A stretch of 64,000 nt of DNA from Roseibacillus sp. (GTDB lineage Bacteria; Verrucomicrobiota; Verrucomicrobiia; Verrucomicrobiales; Akkermansiaceae): the NCBI GenBank assembly GCA_051251855.1, contig JBPOGI010000002.1:416001-480000 (forward strand), given 5' to 3'. Positions 49,338 through 60,140 of this stretch are shown here, piece by piece (the stretch's first letter is position 1; every line of letters begins with the position of its first letter). The position numbers and the translations under genes are program-made. Below the pieces are notes generated by a model that worked only from the letters and a program-made list of their open reading frames with translations, searched no databases and was not told where the DNA came from.

Positions 49338-50414
49338 GGTGGATTCGCGCACGATGAGTTGGCCTTGAAGGGTGATGCGTTGGATGGGGGTGTCGGGATA
49401 CTTGATGCGGTGCATCATCAGTTCGGCGGCGACACGACCAATGTCGCGGCAGGGTTGTTGATAGGTGGTGAGGGGAACACTGAGGAGGGAGGCGTATTCG
49501 ACGTCATCGAATCCTGAGACTTTCACTTTCCCTGGAATGTCGGCTCCTCGGTCAATAAGGCCGCGCAGGATGGGGCCAGCGGTGACGTCGTTGGCGCAGA
49601 TGATACCGTCGGCTCCGCTTTCGAAGAGTTCGCTGGCCGCCTTTCCTGGTTCGTCGCTGGGGTCGATGACCGTGAGTAGGCTGCTCGCCTGCAAACCGTG
49701 TTGAGTGAGGGCTTCACGACAGCCCATACGGCGAAGCTGCACCGTGACTGCTGGGTTCTCGCGGGTGACGAAGACGAGGCGTTTGCATCCTTGGCTGAGC
49801 AAGTGGCTGGCGATGGTGTAGCCGGCTTCGATGTTGTCGATGCTGACGAGATCGTTATGAGTTTGGCGTGGCCAGCGGTGAATGTCGCGGTCGATGAGGA
49901 CCACTCGGATGTTCTCTTTGGTCAGTCTTTCGATCACTCCATCGTTGAACTCCGAAGGGCTGTCGAGGTGCTCGGTGGGAGCGAAAAAGACGCCGCGCAC
50001 CCGGGCTTCGATCAGTTGGTCGGCGAGCGAGTTGGTTCGCTTTTTGAGATCGGCGCCAAAGTCTAATTCGGAAGGAAGAATGACCCGCATGCCTCCCATT
50101 CCTGAGGTCTCGGCGATGGCGGCGGAGATGGGCTTGAAAATTTCGATTTCGGAAAGCTGTGGAATGAGCAGTCCCGCGAGAAGGGCGGACTTCCGCGGAG
50201 CAAGAACCTGGGTGCCGAACCCTGCCTTTCTCACCACCAGCTTCTCATCGCTTAAGAGCTTGAGCGCTCGCGCGATAGTGGGTCGGGAGGTTTGGTATTT
50301 TTTACACAATTCTGCCTCGGTGGGGAGGAAATCGCCGGGCGAAAAGCTCTGATCATGGATCTGATGCTGGATTTCTTTGTAGATTTGCAAATACCTTGGC
50401 TGAGCTTCGTTCAC
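49323..50414 (-). CDS. GntR-HTH + LacI-type sensor transcriptional regulator (AraR-like architecture)
   Basis: N-terminal LPTEAELCKKYQTSRPTIARAL; C-terminal IICANDVTA, VSGFDD, LTTYQQP and LIVREST. Confidence 0.92.
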   Translation of the reverse strand: MNEAQPRYLQIYKEIQHQIHDQSFSPGDFLPTEAELCKKYQTSRPTIARALKLLSDEKLVVRKAGFGTQVLAPRKSALLAGLLIPQLSEIEIFKPISAAIAETSGMGGMRVILPSELDFGADLKKRTNSLADQLIEARVRGVFFAPTEHLDSPSEFNDGVIERLTKENIRVVLIDRDIHRWPRQTHNDLVSIDNIEAGYTIASHLLSQGCKRLVFVTRENPAVTVQLRRMGCREALTQHGLQASSLLTVIDPSDEPGKAASELFESGADGIICANDVTAGPILRGLIDRGADIPGKVKVSGFDDVEYASLLSVPLTTYQQPCRDIGRVAAELMMHRIKYPDTPIQRITLQGQLIVRESTSRQK

Positions 50415-50453
50415 GGATGAAATGTAATTAAAATGAAAAGTTTTATCAAGGTG

Positions 50454-50477
50454 TTTGTAACGTCAATTGTTTACAAA
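50454..50477. promoter_or_regulatory. Candidate operator in divergent promoter
   Basis: Inverted repeat TTTGTAA-N10-TTACAAA between the regulator and the sugar operon. Confidence 0.45.
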
Positions 50478-50564
50478 TGATTCCTGCCTGAGTATCAATT
50501 CTGTGGCGAGCGGCGAATGGGTTGTTGAACCCGAAGTCAGCCGATAGCCGGAAAGTTGAACTAG

Positions 50565-51461
50565 ATGAGCAGAAATCATAAAATTGCGGGAATCGGAGAA
50601 ATTCTGTGGGACTTGTTTCCTGACGGCCGACGTCTTGGAGGGGCTCCGGTCAATTTTGCCGCGCACTGTCATCAGCTGGGTTGCGAAGCCTATCCGGTGA
50701 GTATGGTGGGACCTGACCTCGTGGGGCTGCGGACTCGGGACCGGCTTGCAGAGCTCAAGATGAGCGACCGCTTTATTCAGGAAAGCTCGGATCTCCCCAC
50801 GGGCCGAGTGTTGGTGACTGTTGATGGCGCGGGTAAGCCCACTTATACCATTCTTGAGAACGTGGCATGGGACGGTTTGGTCTTTTCTCCAGAGTTGGGT
50901 GAGCTGGCAGCGTCTTTGGATGCAGCTTGCTTCGGGGTTCTGGCGCAGCGTTCCCCGATAACGCGAAAGACAATTGGGCAGTTTCTCTCCGCCATGCCTC
51001 AGGAGTCGATCCGGATTTGCGATGTCAATTTGCGGGAGCCGTTTTTCTCGAAAGAAATCGTCGAAGGCTCATTGAAGCAGGCGAGTATTCTGAAGCTGAG
51101 CGACGAAGAGCTTCCCGTTCTCGCCGACTACTTTCAATTGGAAGGAAGCGTGGTCGAGCAACTCAAGGCGCTGCACCAACAGTTCGCTCTCACTCATGTC
51201 GCCTATACCCGCGGGGGTGAGGGGAGTCTGATTATTTCCGCTGATGAGGTGAACGAGTGCGCGGGGATTCCGGTCAAGCCCGTCGATACCGTGGGGGCAG
51301 GGGACTCTTTCACGGCAGCCCTTGCTTGCGGCCTCTTGAGGCAATGGCCGCTCGAGAGAGTGAACTCTTTTGCCAACCGGGTGGCCTCCTTTGTCTGCTC
51401 GCAGAAAGGCGCGACCCCGAATCTTCCCGCCGAACTCCTCGATGAGATGAACCAAGACTGA
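50565..51461 (+). CDS. PfkB family carbohydrate kinase (fructokinase-like)
   Basis: Motifs GIGEILWD, GGAPVNFA, DVNLR and DTVGAGDSFTA. Confidence 0.93.
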   Translation: MSRNHKIAGIGEILWDLFPDGRRLGGAPVNFAAHCHQLGCEAYPVSMVGPDLVGLRTRDRLAELKMSDRFIQESSDLPTGRVLVTVDGAGKPTYTILENVAWDGLVFSPELGELAASLDAACFGVLAQRSPITRKTIGQFLSAMPQESIRICDVNLREPFFSKEIVEGSLKQASILKLSDEELPVLADYFQLEGSVVEQLKALHQQFALTHVAYTRGGEGSLIISADEVNECAGIPVKPVDTVGAGDSFTAALACGLLRQWPLERVNSFANRVASFVCSQKGATPNLPAELLDEMNQD

Positions 51462-51512
51462 ACCTTTTTCCCAAGTAACAAAAACTAACCTAAGCAACCA
51501 AACGATAGAACA

Positions 51513-52457
51513 ATGAAAAAACACATATCCACCCTCCTAGCCGTCTTTGCCGCATTTGCGATGACCGCCTGTGATCGAAACAAAGATGGCGAAGGCCAGA
51601 TTAAGATCGGGATGACCGTTCAGGATCTGAGCAATCCCACCTGGTCCGGCTATTGCCAGACCATTCAAAAGAAGGCTGAAGCCAATGGCGCTAAGATGAA
51701 CTATGTGGCCTGCGAGAGCAATGTCTCCAAGCAGATTATGCAGATCGAGAACTTTGTTTCACGTGGTATGGACGTGATCATTGTTCATCCGGCTGACCCG
51801 GCGGGAATCGAATCCGCTTGTCGTGAGGCCATGGCCGCAGGGGTGAAAATCATCTCGTGGGATGATGATATCAAGAACGCCGACGTCCGCTGGTTGATTG
51901 ATAACAAGGCGCTGGGGTCTGAAGTGGGTAAAGAGGCTTCGGCCTTTATCAACGAAAAGCATGGCGGCGAGGCTGAAGTGGCGATTCTCAATTACCCGCA
52001 GCTTCCCGTCCTTTTGGCGCGAGGCAACGGAATTCGCGAGGCGATTACCGAACTGGCGCCGAACGCGAAAATCGTCGCCGAGACGAGCGCCATCAATCCT
52101 CAAGAGGGTATCAGCAAGATGGAAACGATTTTTCAATCCAACCCCAATGTGAAGGTCATTTGCTGCATCGGCGGCGGTGGTTCGGTTGGCGCTAACGAAG
52201 CAGCCAAGGCGGCTGGCAAATTGGGTGACGACTTCGGAATCTTCGCGGTCGACGCCACTGAACCTGAGCTGGCGGCCATTAAGAATAACGAGGGAGTTCG
52301 CATGAGCGTGATTGTGACGGGAACCAATGACGATGTTGCCAATGAGGTTTACGGCTTTGTTGAGAAGCTCGCTGCAGGCGAAGAGTTGCCTGCCAAAATC
52401 TACCGCGATGTCATCCCTGTCACCGCTGAAAACGTGGACCAATATTTCCAAAAGTAG
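51513..52457 (+). CDS. Sugar ABC transporter substrate-binding lipoprotein (RbsB-like)
   Basis: Lipobox MTAC; motifs IGMTVQDLSNP and QIENFVSRGMDVIIVHP. Confidence 0.92.
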   Translation: MKKHISTLLAVFAAFAMTACDRNKDGEGQIKIGMTVQDLSNPTWSGYCQTIQKKAEANGAKMNYVACESNVSKQIMQIENFVSRGMDVIIVHPADPAGIESACREAMAAGVKIISWDDDIKNADVRWLIDNKALGSEVGKEASAFINEKHGGEAEVAILNYPQLPVLLARGNGIREAITELAPNAKIVAETSAINPQEGISKMETIFQSNPNVKVICCIGGGGSVGANEAAKAAGKLGDDFGIFAVDATEPELAAIKNNEGVRMSVIVTGTNDDVANEVYGFVEKLAAGEELPAKIYRDVIPVTAENVDQYFQK

Positions 52458-52468
52458 AAACCAAGACG

Positions 52469-53944
52469 ATGTTCCTGCAACTGAAAAACATTACCAAGAG
52501 ATATCCCGGAGTTGTCGCTCTGGATGATGTCAGCCTCGATATTATTGAAGGAGAAGTTCATGCCTTGGTCGGTGAAAACGGGGCAGGAAAGTCGACTCTC
52601 ATTAAGACCTGCACTGGAGCGATTTCTCCCGACGAGGGTGTTATCGTGATTCAAGGCCAAGAGTTCACCTCCCTGACCCCCAAGCTCTCCGAGGGCGCGG
52701 GGGTGGGGGTCATCTATCAGGAATTCAACTTGGTGGATGAACTCTCGGTTGCGGAGAATATTTTCCTTGGGCGTGCCCCTCGCAAGGGGCTGGTCATTGA
52801 CCGAAAGAAAATGGAGTCCGAGGCGGCCCAGATTTTTCAGCAGTTTGACATCAAGATCGACCCAGCGGAGTTGGTCGGAAACCTCACCGTGGGCTTTCAG
52901 CAGTTGGTCGAGATTGCGAAGGCTATCTCTCAGAAGGCGAAGATGCTCATCATGGACGAACCCTCGGCACCTTTGACTCAAACGGAAGCGAAAGCGCTAC
53001 ATCTCGTGGTGGAAAAGCTGCGGGATTCGGGCGTGACCATTGTCTACATCTCGCACCGCATGGATGAAATTTTCCGGCTCTCGGATCGCATCACGGTCCT
53101 GAGAGACGGGCAAAAAGTGGAAACGGTGAAGACCGCCGAAACCAACCTCGACGAATTGGTGAAGCTGATGGTGGGGCGTGAGTTGAAGGAGACTTATCCC
53201 GAGCGAAATCACCAGGTCTCCGAGGAGGTGCTTTTGGAGGTGGAGCATGTCTCTGGAACGATTGTCAAAGATGTGAGCCTCAACATCAAAAAGGGGGAAG
53301 TCCTCGGTTTGGCCGGTCTTATTGGTTCGGGACGCACCGAGTTGGCCGAGATTCTCTTCGGCTACAAGAAGAAGTCCGCTGGTCGGGTGACCTTGCAGGG
53401 GCGGGAGGTTGACTCCAAGACTCCCAAGCAAGCCATCGCAGAAGGCATCGCCCTTGTGCCGGAGGACCGGAAGAAATTGGGCGCATTGTTAGAATTCGAT
53501 ATCAAGGAGAACATCAGTGTCTCTGTCCTCGAGCGCATCTCGAAATTCTTTACTGTGAATCGAGGCACCGAAAAGGATGTCGCAGAAGGCTACCGCAAGG
53601 CGATGCGCATTAAGACCCCGAATTTGGAGGAGAAAATCAAGAACCTGAGCGGTGGAAATCAGCAGAAGGTCATCATCGCCAAGTGGCTGGCAACCGAGCC
53701 TACCTTGGTCATTTTCGACGAACCCACCCGAGGCATCGACGTTGGGGCCAAGTCTGAGATTTACGAGTTGGTCAATAGCCTCGTCGAGTCCGGTAAGTCG
53801 GTCCTGATGATTTCCTCCGAGATGGAAGAGGTCATGGGAATGTCCGACCGCATCGTGGTCCTCCACGAAGGGCGCGTAACGGGCGAACTGGCTCGTAAAG
53901 ACTTTTCACAAGAAGCCATCATGGGCTTCGCCTCACATAACTAA
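52469..53944 (+). CDS. Sugar ABC transporter ATP-binding protein (RbsA-like)
   Basis: Motifs GENGAGKSTL, VPEDRK, LSGGNQQKV and DEPTRGIDVGAK. Confidence 0.95.
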   Translation: MFLQLKNITKRYPGVVALDDVSLDIIEGEVHALVGENGAGKSTLIKTCTGAISPDEGVIVIQGQEFTSLTPKLSEGAGVGVIYQEFNLVDELSVAENIFLGRAPRKGLVIDRKKMESEAAQIFQQFDIKIDPAELVGNLTVGFQQLVEIAKAISQKAKMLIMDEPSAPLTQTEAKALHLVVEKLRDSGVTIVYISHRMDEIFRLSDRITVLRDGQKVETVKTAETNLDELVKLMVGRELKETYPERNHQVSEEVLLEVEHVSGTIVKDVSLNIKKGEVLGLAGLIGSGRTELAEILFGYKKKSAGRVTLQGREVDSKTPKQAIAEGIALVPEDRKKLGALLEFDIKENISVSVLERISKFFTVNRGTEKDVAEGYRKAMRIKTPNLEEKIKNLSGGNQQKVIIAKWLATEPTLVIFDEPTRGIDVGAKSEIYELVNSLVESGKSVLMISSEMEEVMGMSDRIVVLHEGRVTGELARKDFSQEAIMGFASHN

Positions 53945-53966
53945 CCTCAACACAGCAACAAAAACT

Positions 53967-54938
53967 ATGAACAAAATCACAACATTCAAGGGGGCCGGGA
54001 GCGGTTTTTCCGCCTTTGCCAAGCAGTTCGGGATCTGGCTGGTCCTGCTGGTGCTTCTTATCTTTTTCGCCATCGCTTCTGAGAATTTTCTCAATAGCCA
54101 CAACCTCCTCAATGTCGCGCGACAGGTTTCCATGCTGGGAATCGTGGCGGTTGGGTTTGCCTTTGTCCTTTTGTTAGGAGGAATCGACCTCTCGGTGGGG
54201 TCGGTGGTCACGCTGGTGAACATCGTCTGTGCCTGGCTGATGGTGAATGCTGGGTGGCCGCCAGCGGTCGCGGTTGTGGCGGCGCTCGCGCTTTCCGCCG
54301 CGATTGGTTTTATGAATGGTTGGATTATCGCCAATATTCAGATGCCTCCCATCATTGTGACCTTGGCGATGCTCATCATTATTGAAGGAGTCGCTTACCT
54401 CATTTGTGGCGGCCTCCCTATCTACGGTTTCCCTGAGTCCTTTGCGGTCATTGGTCAGGGTTACGTGGGGCCCATTCCGATTCCAGTGATTATCATGGCG
54501 GTTGTGATGGCCTTGGGTGGCTTCATTCTCAGTAAGACTTTCTTTGGGCGCTATTTCTATGCCGTGGGTGGTAACGAGGAGGCGGCTAAGCTCTCTGGTA
54601 TCGATGTCAATCGGGTGAAGTATCTCGTCTACACTTTGTCAGGATTCTTTGCCGGGGTGGCGGGAGTGGTCATTCTTTCTCGCACCAATTCCGGGCAAGT
54701 CCTTTCGGGCAAAGGCTTCGAGTTCGACGTTCTCACTGCTTGCGTGCTGGGTGGCGTCAGTGTCAGCGGGGGATTTGGAAAGATTTCTAACGTTTTGGCG
54801 GGAGTGCTGATTCTCGGGGTTCTGAGCAACGGGCTCGTCTTGCTGGACGTGAGCCAGTTTGTGCAAATGGTGATTAAGGGTGTCGTTTTGTTAGTCGCGG
54901 TTGCTCTCGATAGCCTCCAACACCGCAAAGCTGCTTAA
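53967..54938 (+). CDS. Sugar ABC transporter permease (RbsC-like)
   Basis: Motifs GGIDLSVGS, YAVGGNEEAAKLSGI and VLGGVSVSGG. Confidence 0.95.
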   Translation: MNKITTFKGAGSGFSAFAKQFGIWLVLLVLLIFFAIASENFLNSHNLLNVARQVSMLGIVAVGFAFVLLLGGIDLSVGSVVTLVNIVCAWLMVNAGWPPAVAVVAALALSAAIGFMNGWIIANIQMPPIIVTLAMLIIIEGVAYLICGGLPIYGFPESFAVIGQGYVGPIPIPVIIMAVVMALGGFILSKTFFGRYFYAVGGNEEAAKLSGIDVNRVKYLVYTLSGFFAGVAGVVILSRTNSGQVLSGKGFEFDVLTACVLGGVSVSGGFGKISNVLAGVLILGVLSNGLVLLDVSQFVQMVIKGVVLLVAVALDSLQHRKAA

Positions 54939-54941
54939 ATC

Positions 54942-56492
54942 ATGCCTGCTTTCAAAAAATCAAAATCTAGTGCATCCAAGATGAAAGCTCTGATTCCTCT
55001 CACTCAAAGTAACCTCGTTGAACTCCCCGAGGAGGTTGCTCGGCCGAGTTACGATCGCAGCAAACTCACCGCCGGCATCATGCATATCGGGGTCGGGGGC
55101 TTTCATCGTTCGCACCAAGCCTACTACACTGATCAGCTGCTTGCGGAGCCGGGCAATCAGGAGTGGGGGATTTGCGGAGTCGGTCTGCGCGATGCCGACC
55201 GCAAGATTGGTGATGTGCTGAAGCAACAGGACTATCTCTACACCCTGATCGTGAAGCACCCGGATGGTAGTATTGAGAACCGCGTCATTGGTTCCATCAT
55301 CGACTTCATGCTTGCCAGCGATGACCCCGCGTCGGTGATTGAGCGCATGGCGAGTGAGGAGACCAAGATTGTTTCCCTGACCATCACCGAGGGCGGCTAC
55401 CTTGTGAGGCCCGCTGATGGTGAGTTCGTTGATAGCGAGTTTGATGTCGATCACCCCGACGTTCAGCACGACCTTGCGAACCCCGAAAGTCCGCGCATGG
55501 TCTTTGGCTATTTGGCAGCGGCTTTGCGTAAACGACGTGAGAATGGTCTCCCTGCCTTCACGGTGCAATCATGCGACAACATCCAGCACAATGGCGCGGT
55601 CACCCGCAAAATGTTGTTGGCTTTTGCGCGGGAGCAGGACCCTGAGTTGGCGGCTTGGATCGAGGAGGAGGTGGCGTTCCCGAACGCGATGGTGGACCGC
55701 ATCACCCCGGTCACCACTCCGGCGGATATGAAGTATTTGGTCAGTGAGTTTGGCCTGCAAGACGAGTGGCCGGTCACTTGCGAGCCCTTTTGCCAATGGG
55801 TGATCGAAGATGAATTTTCCAATGGCCGCCCAGCGTGGGAGGCGGTCGGTGCCCAGTTCGTCCCCGACGTCACTCCCTATGAGAAGATGAAGATTCGTCT
55901 TCTCAATGCCGGTCACTCAGTGCTGGGAATTTTGGGTTCTATCGATGGCCATAGCACCATCGACGACTGCCTTGCAGACCCGCTTTTCGCAACCTACCTG
56001 CGGCGCTTCATGGATGTGGAAGTCACTCCAGTTCTCGACTGCGTGGATGGCATCGATTTGGAAGACTACAAAGCTTCTCTCATCGAGCGTTTTGGCAATG
56101 CCAACATCAAGGACAACCTCGCCCGCATTTGTTTGGAGAGCTCATCCAAAATGCCCAAGTTTCTCATTCCGACCATCAACGAGAATCTCGCGAGGGGAGG
56201 AAGCATCGAATACGCCGCTCTCGTGATTGCGGCCTGGTGCTACTACTCCGATAAGCACGCCAGCAAAGATGGGATGGCGCTGGAAGTCGTCGACGAGATG
56301 AAAGCCGAGCTCCGCGCCGCTGCGGTGGGAACCCGCAAAGACAAGCTCTCCTTCCTCAGAGTAGAGGCTGTCTTTGGCAATCTCTCCGAAAACCAAACCT
56401 TCACCGATGAATACGTTCGCATAATCGATTCCCTCTATGAAAACCCTAACATCGCTCGCCTGATGCAGGCCCTCCTCTTCGGGTGGGAATAG
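54942..56492 (+). CDS. Mannitol 2-dehydrogenase family (long-chain polyol dehydrogenase)
   Basis: Motifs HIGVGGFHRSHQA, SLTITEGGY, SCDN, FPNAMVDRITP and KIRLLNAGH. The start may be ATG 54981. Confidence 0.93.
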   Translation: MPAFKKSKSSASKMKALIPLTQSNLVELPEEVARPSYDRSKLTAGIMHIGVGGFHRSHQAYYTDQLLAEPGNQEWGICGVGLRDADRKIGDVLKQQDYLYTLIVKHPDGSIENRVIGSIIDFMLASDDPASVIERMASEETKIVSLTITEGGYLVRPADGEFVDSEFDVDHPDVQHDLANPESPRMVFGYLAAALRKRRENGLPAFTVQSCDNIQHNGAVTRKMLLAFAREQDPELAAWIEEEVAFPNAMVDRITPVTTPADMKYLVSEFGLQDEWPVTCEPFCQWVIEDEFSNGRPAWEAVGAQFVPDVTPYEKMKIRLLNAGHSVLGILGSIDGHSTIDDCLADPLFATYLRRFMDVEVTPVLDCVDGIDLEDYKASLIERFGNANIKDNLARICLESSSKMPKFLIPTINENLARGGSIEYAALVIAAWCYYSDKHASKDGMALEVVDEMKAELRAAAVGTRKDKLSFLRVEAVFGNLSENQTFTDEYVRIIDSLYENPNIARLMQALLFGWE

Positions 56493-56575
56493 ACCGTCCA
56501 TTTTAACGGCCTGAACCACAGGCTCTAGCTACCGCTTTACCTAAAAATCTAGAGTAACTCTCACTTAACAACACT

Positions 56576-57865
56576 ATGAAAACCAAAAAAACTAAGAAAC
56601 AAGAACTCGTCCCAGTAGTATTCTTCGCTGCTACGGCACTTACGCTGCAGGGCGACGTGGAGCTGAACGATGCAACCGAACCCATCATTGCAGACCAACC
56701 TACGCCCTTTGTATCGGACCCTGATTCACTCCCTTGGTATGAAAGCGACCGTCTCTTTGGACGAAATCAGAGTATGTTGGACAGCGGAATTTCGCCCTTT
56801 CTTTTTTGGGATTCCATCACTGCTGCTAACGTTTCTGGAGGCCGTGATTCCGCAAGTAACTTCACGGCCCAGACATACGGCGGAGTCGATCTCGACCTCG
56901 GCAAGCTTTTTGGATTTCAGGATACCATCGCAAAGGTCTCCTTTGTTGATCGGACCGGAGGGGGTATTTCAGGAGACGTTGGGGGCATCTTTGATCCGAT
57001 GACTATCAACGGGGGAGCCGACGGTCAAATCACCTGGCTCTATCAGGCTTGGATTGAGAAAACCTTTTCTGAGAACTGGGCGCTCAAGGTTGGACGGACT
57101 TCGATGGACGAGGATTTTGCAGAAAGTGGTCTGAATCGCTACTCACTCAGCACCTCTATCAACGGCCCAATTCGCTCGATGATGTTACAGAATCCTCAGA
57201 TTTATTCCTTTCCCTTAGGTAACTGGGGTGCTCGTCTGAAATACACTCCCAACGACGAACACAAATTCCAATTAGGGGCCTATCAGATCAATGACAATCC
57301 GTTTGGAAACAACCTTGGCGGAGACAACTTTGACATCAATAGCGGTGATGGAGTAACCGTTATGGGACAGTATGATTGGAGCCCACAGGTCTTTGGTCGG
57401 AAGGCTCTTTTCTATGCTGGATTTTCGGCATCCTTCTATGATTTTACCAACTTTGACGGCACGGAAGATGATAGCATGTTCAGCTTCTATGGTCGCGCTG
57501 AAGCGGAAGTTCTCGACGGCCTCAAGCTTTTCGGCTTTGCCTCCTATAATACGCAAGAAGAGTCTGCCATTGTGCCATTGCAAGTCAGCGCTGGAGCCAA
57601 CTGGAAGGGGCTCTTCCCAGGCCGCGAAAATGATCACACGGTCGCCTTCGCCACCTATGGAAAAATCAGTGACGACTACGGCCAGTTCGTGAGCAATACT
57701 GACGTCGATGCTGAGTTGGTCTTTGAGTTAGGTCATCGCTTTCAAATCACTCCCGCAACCTACATTCAGCCGTCCGTGCAATACATCGTGAACCCAGGTG
57801 GTGGCACCAATGGTGATATCGACGATGCCGTGGTGCTAGGCGCATGGGTGGGAGCCTCTTTCTAA
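56576..57865 (+). CDS. Carbohydrate-selective porin (OprB family)
   Basis: Signal peptide; motifs ANVSGG, LYQAWIEK, GLFPGRENDH and IQPSVQYIVNPGG; terminal Phe. Confidence 0.9.
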   Translation: MKTKKTKKQELVPVVFFAATALTLQGDVELNDATEPIIADQPTPFVSDPDSLPWYESDRLFGRNQSMLDSGISPFLFWDSITAANVSGGRDSASNFTAQTYGGVDLDLGKLFGFQDTIAKVSFVDRTGGGISGDVGGIFDPMTINGGADGQITWLYQAWIEKTFSENWALKVGRTSMDEDFAESGLNRYSLSTSINGPIRSMMLQNPQIYSFPLGNWGARLKYTPNDEHKFQLGAYQINDNPFGNNLGGDNFDINSGDGVTVMGQYDWSPQVFGRKALFYAGFSASFYDFTNFDGTEDDSMFSFYGRAEAEVLDGLKLFGFASYNTQEESAIVPLQVSAGANWKGLFPGRENDHTVAFATYGKISDDYGQFVSNTDVDAELVFELGHRFQITPATYIQPSVQYIVNPGGGTNGDIDDAVVLGAWVGASF

Positions 57866-57883
57866 GAAACGTCACCCCCCCAA

Positions 57884-57924
57884 CCGGCGTCTCCCGTTTC
57901 AGAGCGAGGGGGCGCCGTTTTTTT
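57884..57924 (+). terminator. Probable Rho-independent terminator
   Basis: CGGCGTCTCC...GGGGGCGCCG stem followed by a T run after the porin gene. Confidence 0.7.
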
Positions 57925-58212
57925 CTGATTAGCTTTCTAGGCCGGATTTTTCACGGAACGCGAGAAATCCGCCTGCAGGGCCGACTCTGGCGGGACGCGC
58001 CCTTAATCTTCATCCTCTTGGTCTGAAAATTGGGAGATTTCAGCACTTTCCCATATCAGAGATAGGCTCTGCTGGCGTGTTTTGGTCGCTCTGCGGTGTT
58101 TTCGATGAATCAAACTACTGGAAAACCGCTGAAACGACTCATTGTGGGCTTCATTCCACGCTTGCGGCCTTTGGTTGGGGGGCTTATAGCGCGCGGGTAG
58201 CAAACACACGTT

Positions 58213-59715
58213 ATGGCAGATAAAAAATCGGACATCGGATTGATCGGCTTGGCCGTGATGGGGCAAAACCTCGCCCTCAACATCGCGGACCATGGGTTCC
58301 AAATTTCAGTTTACAACCGCACCACGTCCAAGACGGACGCTTTCGTGGCGGAGAACCCCGACACTCCGGGTGGGGTGGTGGGGACTCAGACTCTTGAAGA
58401 ATTCGTTGAATCTCTCGAGCGCCCTCGCAAAGTCATCATTCTGGTTCAGGCCGGTCGCGCCACTGACGCGGTTATCGATGGCTTGACGGAGCTTCTCGAT
58501 AAGGACGACATCATTATCGACGGCGGTAACGCTCTTTGGACCGACACCATTCGTCGTGAGAAAGACCTCAACGAAAAAGGATTCCGCTTCGTCGGTTCCG
58601 GTGTTTCTGGTGGAGAAGAAGGGGCCCGTTTCGGCCCATCTCTCATGCCCGGCGGCAAGGAGTCTGCCTGGAACGAATTGAAGCCCATTTGGGAAGCAAT
58701 CGCTGCCAAAGTGGATGCCGATACTGGCAAGCCCATCGACGGCGCGACTCCCGGCAAGCCCGTCACAGGCGGTGTCACTTGCACCACTTACATCGGCGAG
58801 AACGGTGCTGGTCACTATGTAAAGATGGTTCACAACGGCATCGAGTATGGCGACATGCAGATGATTTGTGAGGCTTATCAACTCATGGGCAACCTCCTCG
58901 GGATGGAGCCCAAGGCGATGAGCGAGACCTTCGGCACTTGGAACGAGGGCGTCCTTGATTCCTTCCTCATCGAAATCACCACTGACATTCTTCAGCAGAC
59001 TGACCCTGAGACCGGCGCGCCATTCGTCGACATCGTTCTCGATACCGCTGGTCAAAAAGGCACTGGCAAGTGGACCGCCGTCAACGCCCTCGACATGGGC
59101 ATCTCAGCACCTCTCATTGCGGAGGCCGTATTTGCTCGCTGTATTTCTGCAGTGAAAGATGAGCGCGTGGCAGCTTCCGAAGTTCTCGGAGCGAACGTTC
59201 CTGGATTCGAAGGTGATAAAGAAGAGTTCGTGCAAGCGATTCACGACGCTCTCTACTGCTCCAAGATTTGTTCTTACGCCCAAGGCTTCCAGCTCATGCG
59301 TGAGGCGCAGAAGGAGTATGACTGGAACCTCAACTTCGGTGAGATTTCCATGATTTGGCGTGGCGGTTGTATTATCCGTGCCGCCTTCCTTCAGAAAATT
59401 TTCGAAGCCTATCAGCGTGACGAGAACCTCGCCAACCTCCTCCTCGACCCGTTCTTCAAGAGCGAGATTGAGCGTTGCGAGGCCAACTGGCGTAAGGTGG
59501 TTGCAGCAGGTGCCATCCACGGCGTGCCGATTCCAGCCTTCTCATCAGCACTCGCTTACTACGACAGCTACCGCAGCGCGCGTCTTCCCGCGAACTTGTT
59601 GCAGGCTCAGAGGGATTACTTCGGTGCTCACACTTACGAGCGCACTGATAAGCCACGCGGCGAGTTCTTCCACATCGACTGGCCCGAGGCTGACCGTCCT
59701 CAACTCAAGATGTGA
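58213..59715 (+). CDS. gnd: 6-phosphogluconate dehydrogenase, decarboxylating
   Basis: Motifs [36 protein letters not shown] and [12 protein letters not shown]. Confidence 0.97.
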   Translation: MADKKSDIGLIGLAVMGQNLALNIADHGFQISVYNRTTSKTDAFVAENPDTPGGVVGTQTLEEFVESLERPRKVIILVQAGRATDAVIDGLTELLDKDDIIIDGGNALWTDTIRREKDLNEKGFRFVGSGVSGGEEGARFGPSLMPGGKESAWNELKPIWEAIAAKVDADTGKPIDGATPGKPVTGGVTCTTYIGENGAGHYVKMVHNGIEYGDMQMICEAYQLMGNLLGMEPKAMSETFGTWNEGVLDSFLIEITTDILQQTDPETGAPFVDIVLDTAGQKGTGKWTAVNALDMGISAPLIAEAVFARCISAVKDERVAASEVLGANVPGFEGDKEEFVQAIHDALYCSKICSYAQGFQLMREAQKEYDWNLNFGEISMIWRGGCIIRAAFLQKIFEAYQRDENLANLLLDPFFKSEIERCEANWRKVVAAGAIHGVPIPAFSSALAYYDSYRSARLPANLLQAQRDYFGAHTYERTDKPRGEFFHIDWPEADRPQLKM

Positions 59716-59739
59716 GTCGTTGTTAGAAACTGATTTCTT

Positions 59740-59773
59740 AAAAGGGTCGCTTCGTTTCGAGGCGGCCCTTTTT
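59740..59773 (+). terminator. Rho-independent terminator
   Basis: AAAAGGGTCGCTTCG-TTT-CGAGGCGGCCCTTTTT. Confidence 0.85.
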
Positions 59774-59809
59774 GCTTTCTAAATTCATCAGTTCTGGCTC
59801 GATTGTGAG

Positions 59810-60076
59810 ATGGAATTTTTTAACTTTCCTCTCTTGGGTGACTTGTTCGTCCTTCCGCGGCAAAGATATGTGATACAGATCGTCTTTGGAGTGGGGGCCT
59901 TCGCGTCTGCAATGAATTCTGAGAATACCTGGGGGCGTATCACCGGTCTCGCTTTCCTAATTATTATCGGGGTCGTTTTTGGTCTGGCAGGATTGACTGG
60001 GGCGATTGGAGACTTGTTGTTAGGTCTCGTTGCCATCGGTGGCGCGGTTTACGCTTGGTGGTATCATCAGATGTGA
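59810..60076 (+). CDS. Small hydrophobic membrane protein (hypothetical)
   Basis: 88-aa ORF with about 3 hydrophobic segments filling an intergenic gap. The start is uncertain. Confidence 0.5.
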   Translation: MEFFNFPLLGDLFVLPRQRYVIQIVFGVGAFASAMNSENTWGRITGLAFLIIIGVVFGLAGLTGAIGDLLLGLVAIGGAVYAWWYHQM

Positions 60077-60140
60077 AATGCGAAGGTCGCTCCCCGAAAC
60101 CCTTTCGATAGCAGGGAGAAGATTCTCGTCTCAAAAAGAG

